Both the position numbers and the translations under genes were made by a program. A stretch of DNA of 41,343 nucleotides from Prevotellaceae bacterium. GTDB lineage: Bacteria > Bacteroidota > Bacteroidia > Bacteroidales > UBA932. The stretch covers positions 1 to 41,343 of the forward strand of contig JAISGH010000103.1 of assembly GCA_031263185.1 (NCBI GenBank), read 5' to 3'. Positions within the stretch are counted from its first letter, which is position 1; the number at the start of each line of letters is the position of its first letter. The notes under the pieces are model-generated. The model saw only the letters and a program-made list of their open reading frames with translations, was not told where the DNA came from and ran no database searches. Positions 27,412 through 36,743 of this stretch are shown here, piece after piece.

Positions 27412-28899
27412 ATGAATAGCTTTTTGCAAATACACCCTGCCGACAACGTTGCGGTGGTGCTTACTGCGCTGCACGCTGGTAATCGGATAACGGTAAACGG
27501 CGCAAGCATTACAGTTAAAGCAGATATTCCGCAGGGGCACAAGCTTGCGCTTGCTCCGCTGCAAGCTGGCGATAACGTCGTCAAGTACGGCTACGCCATT
27601 GGGCACGCCATAGCCGACATTGCGCAGGGCGATTGGGTGAACGAAAAAAACATAAAAACCAACCTCGAAGGGCTTCTCGAATACAAATACTCGCCGGTGA
27701 GCGCCAAGGTCAGCTGCGCCAACCGCAACATGACATTCAAAGGCTACAGGCGCAAAAACGGCGAAGTAGGTATTCGCAACGAGCTGTGGATTGTGCCCAC
27801 TGTAGGCTGCGTGAACGGTACTGCCAACCAGCTGGTGGAAATGCTCAAGGCCGAAGTCGGCGAGTGCAAGCTGGACGCCATAGCGGCATACAACCATAGC
27901 TATGGCTGCTCGCAGCTGGGCGACGACCACGAAAATACGCGCAAAATTCTACGCAACATCGTGCTGCACCCCAACGCCGGCGCTGTGCTGGTGGTAGGCT
28001 TGGGCTGCGAAAACAACCAGCCGGAGGCTTTCCGCGCTTTTCTGGGTGATTACGACAGGGAGCGTATTTTTTTTCTTGAGGCGCAAAAAGTCAAGGATGA
28101 GCTGGAGGAGGGCATGAAGCTGCTGCGCGCGCTGTACGCAAAAGCGTCAGCCGACGTGCGCACCGACGTGCCGCTATCGGAGCTGCGCGTAGGGCTTAAA
28201 TGCGGAGGCTCCGACGGATTTTCGGGCATCACTGCCAACCCTTTGCTGGGCTTCTTCTCCGACTTTCTGGTAGCGCAAGGCGGCACTACGGTGCTCACCG
28301 AAGTACCCGAAATGTTTGGCGCCGAAACCATCCTGATGAGCCGCTGCAGCAACGCCGAAGTATTCGACAAAACGGTGCACCTGATTAACGACTTCAAGGA
28401 GTACTTTGTGAAAAACAACCAGCCGATATACGAAAATCCCTCGCCCGGAAACAAGGCGGGCGGCATTTCGACGCTCGAGGAAAAATCGCTGGGGTGTACG
28501 CAGAAATCCGGCAGCTCGGAGGTAAAAGATGTGCTGATGTACGGCGAAAGAATTCGGCAAAAAGGGCTTAACCTGCTAAGCGCACCCGGCAACGACCTTG
28601 TTGCGGCCACCGCGCTGGGAGCGTCGGGGTGCCAGATGGTGCTGTTCACTACCGGACGGGGCACTCCCTTTGGCTGCTTTGTGCCAACCGTAAAAATCTC
28701 AACAAACACCCCGCTTTTTGAAAGCAAGCCCGGCTGGATTGACTTCAACGCCGGAAGCATTGTAGAAAACGAAGCTATGGCGGACGCTACCGAGCGCCTG
28801 ATTGCCTACCTGACAGGCGTTGCCAACGGCGAAAAGGTGAATACCGAAAAGAAAAATTTTAGAGAAATTGCGATATTCAAAACAGGAGTAACCCTGTAG
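27412..28899 (+). CDS. uxaA: Altronate dehydratase.
   Basis: 495 aa. SAF-domain N-terminus (IHPADNVAVVL...GHKLAL) and a UxaA/GarD C-terminal region (GLKCGGSDGFSGITANP...). Confidence 0.9.
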   Translation: MNSFLQIHPADNVAVVLTALHAGNRITVNGASITVKADIPQGHKLALAPLQAGDNVVKYGYAIGHAIADIAQGDWVNEKNIKTNLEGLLEYKYSPVSAKVSCANRNMTFKGYRRKNGEVGIRNELWIVPTVGCVNGTANQLVEMLKAEVGECKLDAIAAYNHSYGCSQLGDDHENTRKILRNIVLHPNAGAVLVVGLGCENNQPEAFRAFLGDYDRERIFFLEAQKVKDELEEGMKLLRALYAKASADVRTDVPLSELRVGLKCGGSDGFSGITANPLLGFFSDFLVAQGGTTVLTEVPEMFGAETILMSRCSNAEVFDKTVHLINDFKEYFVKNNQPIYENPSPGNKAGGISTLEEKSLGCTQKSGSSEVKDVLMYGERIRQKGLNLLSAPGNDLVAATALGASGCQMVLFTTGRGTPFGCFVPTVKISTNTPLFESKPGWIDFNAGSIVENEAMADATERLIAYLTGVANGEKVNTEKKNFREIAIFKTGVTL

Positions 28900-28962
28900 A
28901 CTATAGTTTGAGCGCCGGTAGCCAAAAATTCGTTCACGGTAAAATATTTACTATATTTGTAC

Positions 28963-29913
28963 ATGGCTAAACTACCTAATCTCATGAAAAAAACAAAGGA
29001 ACCGGAAACAAGGCTAAACCCTCTAAACGACTACCTGTTCATGAAGTACATGGGCGAGAAAGGCGATGAAGAGCAACTTATGGCCTTTCTAAATGTTGTG
29101 CTGCAAAAGACGAATAGAGATGGCATTAAATCGGTTAAAATAGCTGGTGACAGAACCCTGTCCGCTGACATTATAGGCGACAAATCCAGCATATTGGACG
29201 TGCTTGCCACCATGGGCGACGGTACGAAAGTCAACATTGAAGTGCAGCTCCGCAACGTTGGCGACATGGACAGGCGTAGCCTGTTTTACTGGAGCCGCGA
29301 GTACACCAAAGGTATTAAGTCCGGCGATGACTACAGCGACCTGCCAAACGTTATAGTCATCAATATTATTGATTTTCAGTTTATTGATGTTAACGCAGTG
29401 CATACAAGTTTTCATCTGTGGGAAGACCACCACAAGGACTGCCTGCTTACGGACGCGCTGGAGGTACACTTCATTGACATGGTCAGGTTCCGGCGGTTGC
29501 GCAAGAAAGATATTGTAGGCAACGGTCTGCACCGTTGGCTGACATTTTTTGATAAGAATACAAATAACCAAGTAGTTAAGGAGGTTGTCGACATGGATGC
29601 AGCCATAAAGAAAGCCCAGCAAAAAATTATGTTTGTTTCTCAAGACGAGGACACTTTTCGTACCTACCAGATGCGCGAGATGGCCTTATCCGATTTCACC
29701 AGCGGCATAAACAATGCTCACCGGAAAGGAATGGCCATTGGCGAGAAACGAGGTGAGAAACGAGGCATTGCCATTGGCAAACAGCAAGGAAAACAGCAGG
29801 AAAAAATAAGGTTTGTTTTGAAGTTGTCCCAAGAAGGCACACCTGTTGCTGCGATTGCAAGACTCGCAGAGTTATCCGTTAAAGACGTAAAGCAAATTCT
29901 CAAAACTTCCTGA
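28963..29913 (+). CDS. Rpn-family (YhgA-like, PD-(D/E)XK) recombination-promoting nuclease / putative transposase.
   Basis: LNPLNDYLFMKYMG...ILDVLATMGDGTKVNIEVQLRN...RSLFYWSREY is the characteristic PDDEXK_2/Rpn core. The C-terminal part carries GIAIGEKRGEKRG-type repeats. The start is uncertain: ATG at 28963 or 28984, and the track start at 28957 is a TTG. A TATATTTG box lies at 28952-28959. Confidence 0.85.
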   Translation: MAKLPNLMKKTKEPETRLNPLNDYLFMKYMGEKGDEEQLMAFLNVVLQKTNRDGIKSVKIAGDRTLSADIIGDKSSILDVLATMGDGTKVNIEVQLRNVGDMDRRSLFYWSREYTKGIKSGDDYSDLPNVIVINIIDFQFIDVNAVHTSFHLWEDHHKDCLLTDALEVHFIDMVRFRRLRKKDIVGNGLHRWLTFFDKNTNNQVVKEVVDMDAAIKKAQQKIMFVSQDEDTFRTYQMREMALSDFTSGINNAHRKGMAIGEKRGEKRGIAIGKQQGKQQEKIRFVLKLSQEGTPVAAIARLAELSVKDVKQILKTS

Positions 29914-30500
29914 TACTCGATCAAAAGTGAACCGTTTCCGGCGGTTGTGTAAGAAAGATATTGTAGGCAACTATCTACACCGTTGGCTGACATTTTTTTT
30001 GATAAAAATACAATAATTAAGGAATTAAGGAAATTATCGACATGGATAAAGAGATTATCGGCATTGATGCAGCCCTAAAGAAAGCCCAACAAAGAATCAC
30101 GTTTGTTGCTCAAGACGAGGAAACTCTTCGCGCCTACGAGAGGCGCGAGATGGCCTTATCCGATTTTGTCAGCGGCATGAACAATGCCCGCCGAAAAGGT
30201 ATTGCCATTGGCGAGAAACGAGGTGAGAAACGAGGCATTGCCATTAGCGAGCGGAAAGGCATTGCCATTGGCGAACAGCGAGGAAAGCAACAGAGAGAAA
30301 TAAGGTTTGTTTTGAAGTTGTCCCAAGAAGGCAAATCTGTTGCGGAGATTGCGGAGCTTGTAGAGCTATCCGTTAAAGACGTAAAGCAAATTCTCAAAAC
30401 TTCCTGATACTCGATCAAAAGTGAACCGTTTCCGGCGGTTACGCAAGAAAAATATTGTAGGCAACGGTCTACACTGTTGGCTGACATTTTTTGATAAGAA
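29488..30500 (+). repeat. Three tandem units of the 3' third of the Rpn gene: A 29488-29935, B 29936-30429, C 30430 to about 30500 (truncated).
   Basis: Each unit opens with ttccggcggtt(g/a)(c/t)g(c/t)aagaaa.atattgtaggcaac..tc..cac.gttggctgacatttttt. Units A and B end with the same ...gtaaagcaaattctcaaaacttcctgatactcgatcaaaagtgaaccgt. Confidence 0.9.
30042..30407 (+). CDS. Free-standing Rpn C-terminal-domain ORF (121 aa) inside repeat unit B. It may be an RpnS-like small protein or a pseudogene fragment.
   Basis: MDKEIIGIDAALKKAQQRITFVAQDEETLRAYERREMALSDF... is homologous to residues 213-318 of the full gene. It begins at the position homologous to the in-frame internal ATG of the full gene (29593). 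Upstream homology is out of frame or interrupted. Confidence 0.5.
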   Translation: MDKEIIGIDAALKKAQQRITFVAQDEETLRAYERREMALSDFVSGMNNARRKGIAIGEKRGEKRGIAISERKGIAIGEQRGKQQREIRFVLKLSQEGKSVAEIAELVELSVKDVKQILKTS

Positions 30501-30517
30501 TATTAAGTAAATAATAA

Positions 30518-31390
30518 ATGATATACGGCTTACTAAAAGGCAAGAAGGGTCTTATTTTTGGGGCGCTCAACGAAAAATCTATTGCATGGAAGGTGGCAGA
30601 GCGCGCCTGCGAGGAGGGAGCACAGGTTGCGCTTACCAATACGCCTGTTTCCATGCGGCTCGGTACCATCAACGAGCTGGCAAAAAAGCTCAACACTGTC
30701 GTTATTCCTGCCGACGCAACCAAGGTAGATGATTTGGAAAATCTGGTGCAAAAGAGCATGGAGCACCTCGGAGGGCAGCTTGACTTTGTGCTGCACTCCA
30801 TCGGCATGTCGCCAAACGTGCGCAAGGGGAAAACGTACGACGACCTCGACTACGCCTACCTCCAGCAAACGCTGGATATTTCTGCCATTTCGTTTCACAA
30901 AATGCTGCAAGTATGCCGCAAGGCCGACGCCATCAGCGATTGGGGGTCGGTGGTAGCGCTGTCGTACGTTGCAGCGCAGCGTACGCTGTACGGCTACAAC
31001 GATATGGCCGACGCCAAAGCCATGCTCGAATCCATTGCCCGCAGCTTTGGCTACATCTACGGGCGCGAAAAGAAAATCCGTATCAACACCATTTCGCAGT
31101 CGCCCACGCTAACCACCGCCGGCAGCGGCATTATGGGCTTCGACAACCTCGTGGACTTTGCCGACCGCATGTCGCCGCTCGGCAACGCCGACAGCACAGA
31201 CTGCGCCAACTACGTCATCACGCTATTCTCCGACCTCACCCGCAAGGTGACCATGCAAAACCTCTTTCACGACGGCGGATACTCAAGCATGGGTATGAGC
31301 TTCCGCGCCATGAAGGTGTACAACGAGGGGCTGGAGTACAGGGACGTTAAGGAGGATAAAACGAAGCATCCGAAAGCGGATACCAAGTAG
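30518..31390 (+). CDS. fabI: Enoyl-[acyl-carrier-protein] reductase (NADH).
   Basis: GLLKGKKGLIFGALNEKSIAWKVAE N-terminus. SDR fold with the S..Y...K-type region (ALSYVAAQRTLYGYNDMADAKAMLE). Total length is 290 aa. Confidence 0.9.
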   Translation: MIYGLLKGKKGLIFGALNEKSIAWKVAERACEEGAQVALTNTPVSMRLGTINELAKKLNTVVIPADATKVDDLENLVQKSMEHLGGQLDFVLHSIGMSPNVRKGKTYDDLDYAYLQQTLDISAISFHKMLQVCRKADAISDWGSVVALSYVAAQRTLYGYNDMADAKAMLESIARSFGYIYGREKKIRINTISQSPTLTTAGSGIMGFDNLVDFADRMSPLGNADSTDCANYVITLFSDLTRKVTMQNLFHDGGYSSMGMSFRAMKVYNEGLEYRDVKEDKTKHPKADTK

Positions 31391-31441
31391 GATGATTTTG
31401 TGCATTTGCCTTTTAGTAAACCAATTAAATACGATTAAAGC

Positions 31442-32977
31442 ATGAAAAGACTAATTTTACTCCCGCTGGCAGTACTTGGGCTCAGCTCGCAGGCACTTCC
31501 GCAAAACAAGCTGGTGGTCAACGCCGATCAAGGTAAAGAGACCATAGATCGGCACATCTACGGACATTTTTCCGAGCACCTTGGACGCTGCATCTACGGC
31601 GGCTACTGGGTTGGCGAAGACTCGCCGATACCCAACACGCGCGGCATCCGCAACGATGTGGTGCAGGCGCTCAGGAATATCCAAATTCCCAACCTCCGCT
31701 GGCCCGGCGGCTGCTTTGCCGACGAGTACCACTGGAGGGACGGCGTTGGCCCGCGCAGCCAACGCCCCAAAATGGTAAATACCCACTGGGGCGGCGTAAC
31801 GGAGGACAACAGCTTCGGTACGCACGAGTTCCTCGACCTCTGCGAGCAGCTGGGCTGCGAGCCTTACATCACCGGCAACGTCGGCAGCGGCAGCGTAGAG
31901 GAAATGTCCAAGTGGGTGGAGTACATCACCTTCGACGGTGAAAGCCCCATGTCCAACCTCCGCAAGCAAAACGGACGTGAAGCGCCGTGGAAGGTGAAAT
32001 TCTGGGGCGTAGGCAACGAAAGCTGGGGCTGCGGCGGTAACATGACGGCCGAATTTTACGCCGACCAGTACCGCCGGTACGCTACCTTCTGCCGGAGCTA
32101 CGGCGATAACCGCCTCTACAAAATTGCCTGCGGCCCTAACGATGCCGACTACAGGTGGACGGAAACCCTGATGAAAAACGTTGGAAACCGCATGAATGGC
32201 TTGTCGCTGCACTACTACACCGTTCCCAAAACGTGGGGCGACAAAGGTTCGGCTACACAGTTTGACGAAGCGGAGTACTTTACCACCATCCAAAAAACGC
32301 TCTTCATGGATGAGCTGCTGGCTAAGCACTCCACCATCATGGACAGATACGACCCGCAAAAGCGAGTGGGGATTATCACCGACGAGTGGGGAACGTGGTA
32401 CAACGTAGAGCCGGAAACCAACCCCGGCTTTCTGTACCAGCAAAACACGCTGCGCGATGCCATTGTTGCCGCCGTCAACCTCAACATCTTCAACGCCCAC
32501 TGCGACCGCGTGAAGATGGCAAACCTTGCGCAAACCGTCAACGTGCTGCAGGCGGTGATCCTCACCGACAAGGAGAAAATGCTGCTTACGCCAACCTACT
32601 GGGCGTACTACCTCTACAAAGTACATCAGGACGCCACGCTGCTGCCAATTTCGCTCAAGAGCAACAAGTACGAGCTGAACGGAAAGGCAATGGATGCCGT
32701 CAGCGTATCGGCCTCCAGGAACGCCGCGGGGAAAATTCACATCACGCTGGTAAACATTGACCCCAACAAAGCGCAAGCCATTGAAGCTGAGCTGCGGGGC
32801 GTTGCTGCGCAAAAAATTTCGGGAAAAATCCTGACCTCCGCCAAAATCAGCGACTACAACTCTTTCGGAAATCCCAACGCCGTATCGGTAAAAGATTTCA
32901 AAGACGCAAAGCTGAGCAAAGGCATTCTCTCCATCAGCTTGCCGGCAAAATCGGTGCTAATGCTCGAAGTAGAGTAG
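31442..32977 (+). CDS. GH51 alpha-L-arabinofuranosidase.
   Basis: Signal peptide. [20 protein letters not shown]...[20 protein letters not shown]...[12 protein letters not shown], which contains the catalytic acid/base NE. Confidence 0.9.
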   Translation: MKRLILLPLAVLGLSSQALPQNKLVVNADQGKETIDRHIYGHFSEHLGRCIYGGYWVGEDSPIPNTRGIRNDVVQALRNIQIPNLRWPGGCFADEYHWRDGVGPRSQRPKMVNTHWGGVTEDNSFGTHEFLDLCEQLGCEPYITGNVGSGSVEEMSKWVEYITFDGESPMSNLRKQNGREAPWKVKFWGVGNESWGCGGNMTAEFYADQYRRYATFCRSYGDNRLYKIACGPNDADYRWTETLMKNVGNRMNGLSLHYYTVPKTWGDKGSATQFDEAEYFTTIQKTLFMDELLAKHSTIMDRYDPQKRVGIITDEWGTWYNVEPETNPGFLYQQNTLRDAIVAAVNLNIFNAHCDRVKMANLAQTVNVLQAVILTDKEKMLLTPTYWAYYLYKVHQDATLLPISLKSNKYELNGKAMDAVSVSASRNAAGKIHITLVNIDPNKAQAIEAELRGVAAQKISGKILTSAKISDYNSFGNPNAVSVKDFKDAKLSKGILSISLPAKSVLMLEVE

Positions 32978-33100
32978 CAGCAAGAGATTGTAACCATCAA
33001 ATAACAACCTGATATAAAATGCTGTCTATTCACATATTTCCCAACAAAATATTTTTCAGCTGCCGTGTGCAAAGTAATTTGGGCGCTCCCAATAGCATAG

Positions 33101-33180
<80 letters not shown>

Positions 33181-33261
33181 ATCAGCTAGTTACGTCGTGT
33201 AGCTTCCACGCTATATGTAATTTTTTCGACTTTTACAATACTTTATCTCTTTTTTATTTTG

Positions 33262-33301
33262 ATGAGCAGCCAAACCAAGGTTATGGCTGCTCATTTTTTT
33301 T
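33262..33301 (+). terminator. Rho-independent terminator-like hairpin followed by a T-run.
   Basis: atgagcagcc (33262-33271) pairs with ggctgctcat (33285-33294) and is followed by T7 (33295-33301). Confidence 0.6.
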
Positions 33302-33437
33302 GCATCCACCAATGCAATGCTATCTCTACGCTTGCACATTCCAAAGGTTGTTGTGCTTTGTTGCTCCTCATAATCCTATTATAAAGCTGTTGCAGAAGCG
33401 TAATAGTGCTGTTTAAACGTAATTTACATAGAAAAAA

Positions 33438-34304
33438 ATGAAAGTAAGCGGATTTACTTTTGTACGTAATGCCGTAAAGTATGACTACCCCGTTGTGGAG
33501 GCTATTACCTCCATACTGCCCCTGTGCGACGAGTTCGTGGTGTGCTTAGGCAAATCTGACGACGAAACGGAGCTGCTGGTGCGGTCTATACCGTCGGACA
33601 AAATCAAAATCATCCACTCCGTGTGGGACAATAGCCTGCGCAAGGGCGGCAAAGTGCTGGCCGTAGAAACCGACAAAGCTTTTGACGCTATCTCACCCGA
33701 TAGCGATTGGGCATTCTACATCCAAGCGGATGAGGTAGTACACGAAAAGTACTTGCCCGCCATTCGGCAGGCTATGGAGCTGCACTTGAGCGACGCAGGA
33801 GTTGAGTGTCTGGTGCTAAAGTACCTGCACTTTTACGGCAGCTACAAGTATGTGGGGAACTCGCGCCAATGGTACCGCCGCGAAGTAAGAGTAATCCGCA
33901 ACGATAAAGGTATTCGCTCGTACAGAGATGCGCAAGGGTTTAGAAGGGAAGAAAAGAAGCTGAACGGGAAATTAGTGGACGCCTATGTTTACCACTATGG
34001 ATGGGTGCGCAACCCGTACTTGCTGACGACAAAAATAGCTGACTTTGATAAGCTCTTCCACGACAACGACGGCAAGCTTACGGTGAAGCAGGATGTGCAG
34101 TTTGATTATCAAAATGTAGCTTCGTTGGCGACCTTTGGCGATATGCACCCTCAAGTGATGCGGCAGCGCGTTGACAGCATGAACTGGCAATTTGAGTTTG
34201 ACACCTCAAAAAGGCGCCTCTCTTTTACCCACAGAGTGCTGGAGTGGGTAGAAAAGCGTACGGGAAAACGCTTCTTTGAGTTTAGGAACTATAGGCTAAT
34301 ATAG
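33438..34304 (+). CDS. Glycosyltransferase family 2-like protein.
   Basis: 288 aa. MKVSGFTFVRNAVKYDYPVVEAITSILPLCDEFVV...IQADEVVHE resembles the small GT2 proteins common in Bacteroidetes. Confidence 0.7.
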   Translation: MKVSGFTFVRNAVKYDYPVVEAITSILPLCDEFVVCLGKSDDETELLVRSIPSDKIKIIHSVWDNSLRKGGKVLAVETDKAFDAISPDSDWAFYIQADEVVHEKYLPAIRQAMELHLSDAGVECLVLKYLHFYGSYKYVGNSRQWYRREVRVIRNDKGIRSYRDAQGFRREEKKLNGKLVDAYVYHYGWVRNPYLLTTKIADFDKLFHDNDGKLTVKQDVQFDYQNVASLATFGDMHPQVMRQRVDSMNWQFEFDTSKRRLSFTHRVLEWVEKRTGKRFFEFRNYRLI

Positions 34305-34391
34305 GATGGGATGTTGCTGCATGCTTGAATTTAGGTGGTGTCCATGTTCTATTTGATATAGCTTTTATGCTGTGCGCGGGCTATTTTTATG

Positions 34392-34600
34392 CCTCCCCCG
34401 TTAGGTCAACGACCTGCGGGGACAGAGACACACCGCATCGTGTATCACTAACTACCTGAAAGGCAGGATTTTCATAACCGAAGGTCGTTGACCTGCGGGG
34501 ACAGGATAGCCCAATGATGATACAACGGCGACCGTAGGGGCGTATTGCATACGCCCTGTGATAATACCAACGGGGGGGCAACAGGGGCGTATGCAAAATA
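34392..34600. repeat. Cluster of GC-rich palindromic (REP-like) motifs.
   Basis: ggtcaacgacctgcggggacag (34404) and ggtcgttgacctgcggggacag (34484) share a core in opposite orientation. Palindrome ggggcgtattgcatacgcccc (34538) recurs in part at 34583. The flanking cccccgtt / aacggggg form an inverted pair. Confidence 0.6.
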
Positions 34601-34648
34601 ATTCATGCAAAAAAACACCAATTTTTTTGCAATTCAAAAATTAAGAGT

Positions 34649-34656
34649 TATCTTTG
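34649..34656 (+). promoter_or_regulatory. Candidate rplM promoter: -7 box TATCTTTG with a -33 TTTG at 34626-34629.
   Basis: Consensus TAnnTTTG with a TTTG 19 bp upstream, followed by CAG. It lies ~90 nt upstream of the rplM ATG. Confidence 0.55.
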
Positions 34657-34744
34657 CAGCCCTTAAAAGAGGGGGGGCGCATTGTAAGAAGGAATGCAGC
34701 TGCCTTAAATGGTAAATATTTATGGTATATTCGATAGGTTAACT

Positions 34745-35200
34745 ATGGATACTTTGAGCTACAAAACCGTATCGCAGAACAGCGCAACGGTGCAAAAAAA
34801 TTGGGTGCTGGTGGACGCTACCAACGAGGTGGTGGGACGCCTGGCGGCAACGGTAGCCTACGTGCTACGCGGCAAAAACAAGCCCGGCTTTACGCCACAC
34901 GTAGATTGCGGCGATAACGTAATCGTTATCAACGCCGAAAAAATTCGCTTCACCGGCGATAAAATGACCGACAAGCAGTACGTTCGCCATACCGGATACC
35001 CGGGAGGACAGCGCTTTATCACGCCTGCCGCGCTGCTCAAAAAAAAGCCGTTTGCTGTGGTAGAAAAAGCGGTAAAGGGCATGCTCCCCAAAACACGGCT
35101 GGGCGCAGAGCAGTTTCGGAACCTCCACGTGTATGCAGGCCCAAGCCATCCGCACGAAGCACAAAAGCCTACATTAATCAAAATAAGTGAAATCAGGTAA
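34745..35200 (+). CDS. rplM: 50S ribosomal protein L13.
   Basis: MDTLSYKT...KNWVLVDATNEVVGRLAATVAYVLRGKNKP.FTPHVDCGDNVIVINAEKI. The ATG at 34745 gives about 151 aa. Confidence 0.95.
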   Translation: MDTLSYKTVSQNSATVQKNWVLVDATNEVVGRLAATVAYVLRGKNKPGFTPHVDCGDNVIVINAEKIRFTGDKMTDKQYVRHTGYPGGQRFITPAALLKKKPFAVVEKAVKGMLPKTRLGAEQFRNLHVYAGPSHPHEAQKPTLIKISEIR

Positions 35201-35221
35201 ACAATTCGCACGCTAAAATAA

Positions 35222-35617
35222 ATGGCAACAACAGTTATAAACGCTATCGGAAGAAGAAAATCCGCAATTGCCCGCGCATACTTGAGCGTAGGAAGCGGGA
35301 AAATTACCATTAACAACCGCGAGCTGGCCGACTATTTTCCGTCGGGAATCTTGCAGTACGTGGTTACGCAGCCCTTGACGCTCACGGGCAACGAAGGCAA
35401 ATACGATATTAAGGTAAACCTCGACGGAGGCGGCGTAACAGGGCAGGCCGGAGCGCTAAGCTTGGCCATTGCCCGCGCCCTGTGCGAGGTAGATACGGAG
35501 GCGTTTCGTCCGGTGCTGAAAGCAAACGGGCTGCTCACCCGCGACTCCCGCAAGGTGGAGCGCAAAAAACCCGGACAGCCGGGCGCGCGCAAGCGCTTCC
35601 AGTTCAGCAAGCGTTAA
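35222..35617 (+). CDS. rpsI: 30S ribosomal protein S9.
   Basis: GRRKSAIARAYL..G.GKITIN...LTRDSRKVERKKPGQPGARKRFQFSKR. Confidence 0.97.
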   Translation: MATTVINAIGRRKSAIARAYLSVGSGKITINNRELADYFPSGILQYVVTQPLTLTGNEGKYDIKVNLDGGGVTGQAGALSLAIARALCEVDTEAFRPVLKANGLLTRDSRKVERKKPGQPGARKRFQFSKR

Positions 35618-35846
35618 CAGCGGCTGCTCTACAGCTTGCACTATTTATAAAGCACGGCTCAAATCTTTAAACAGGGCAGACTGGCTTATGGCCATCAGCT
35701 GTAATGGCAAATTTCCGGCCGCTACTGCGCTGTTGTTTGACCGCGATAAAACCTGCGAGACCAAGCTTGCCCTTGCTACTTGACAGGTTGACGGATGAGG
35801 TTTAAAAAACAATAGTAAAAAAACAATTTTAAACATAAACAAAAAA

Positions 35847-36707
35847 ATGCCACGTACAAATTTTGAACAGCTTCTCGAAGCAGGTGTCCACTTTGGGCAC
35901 CTAAAGCGCAAGTGGAATCCGAGAATGGCTCCATACATTTTTATGGAGAAAAACGGTATTCACATCATAGACTTGCACAAAACCATTGTAAAGATTGATG
36001 AGGCTGCTGCGGTGCTCAAGCAAATAGCAAAGTCAGGCCGCAAGGTACTCTTTGTTGCCACCAAAAAGCAGGCCAAGGATATTGTTGCCGAAAATGTAGC
36101 CAAAATCGGTATGCCTTACGTTACCGAGCGCTGGCCGGGCGGTATGCTGACCAACTTCCCCACCATTCGCAAATCGGTGAAAAAAATGGGGCAAATTGAC
36201 AGGATGAGCACCGACGGAACGTTCAGCAACGTCTCGAAGCGCGAGCGCCTGCAAATCACGCGCCAGCGGGCAAAGCTTGAGAAAAACCTGGGCAGCATTG
36301 CCGACCTGTCGCGCCTGCCCGCCGCCATATTTGTGGTGGATATTCAGAAGGAAGCAAACGCTGTGCGCGAGGCAAACCGCCTGAATATTCCGGTAATCGC
36401 TATGGTGGACACCTGCTGCAACCCTACCTCCATTGACTTTGTTATTCCCGCCAACGACGACGCTACCAAATCCATCACCTACATTATTGAGGTTATGTGC
36501 GACGCCATTCAGGAAGGCCTGGAGGAGCGCAAGCTGGAAAAGGACAAGGAGGCAAAAGATACCTCCAAACCGGAGGGCGAAGAAGGACACGAAAAAAATA
36601 CCAAGCTGAGGGCGCGTAAGTTCAGAACCGAAAAGAAGCCCGCAGCAGCAGCAGCAGCAGCAGCAAAAGAAGAAGAACCTGCAAAAGAAGCAGAAGCAAC
36701 AGAGTAA
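35847..36707 (+). CDS. rpsB: 30S ribosomal protein S2, with an Ala/Glu/Lys-rich C-terminal extension.
   Basis: LLEAGVHFGHLKRKWNPRMAPYIF...GIHIIDL...WPGGMLTNF. The tail contains (GCA)8 at 36642-36665, which encodes A8. Confidence 0.97.
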   Translation: MPRTNFEQLLEAGVHFGHLKRKWNPRMAPYIFMEKNGIHIIDLHKTIVKIDEAAAVLKQIAKSGRKVLFVATKKQAKDIVAENVAKIGMPYVTERWPGGMLTNFPTIRKSVKKMGQIDRMSTDGTFSNVSKRERLQITRQRAKLEKNLGSIADLSRLPAAIFVVDIQKEANAVREANRLNIPVIAMVDTCCNPTSIDFVIPANDDATKSITYIIEVMCDAIQEGLEERKLEKDKEAKDTSKPEGEEGHEKNTKLRARKFRTEKKPAAAAAAAAKEEEPAKEAEATE

Positions 36708-36743
36708 ATCTTACCATTCTAAACAAAACGGAGGAAAATAATT

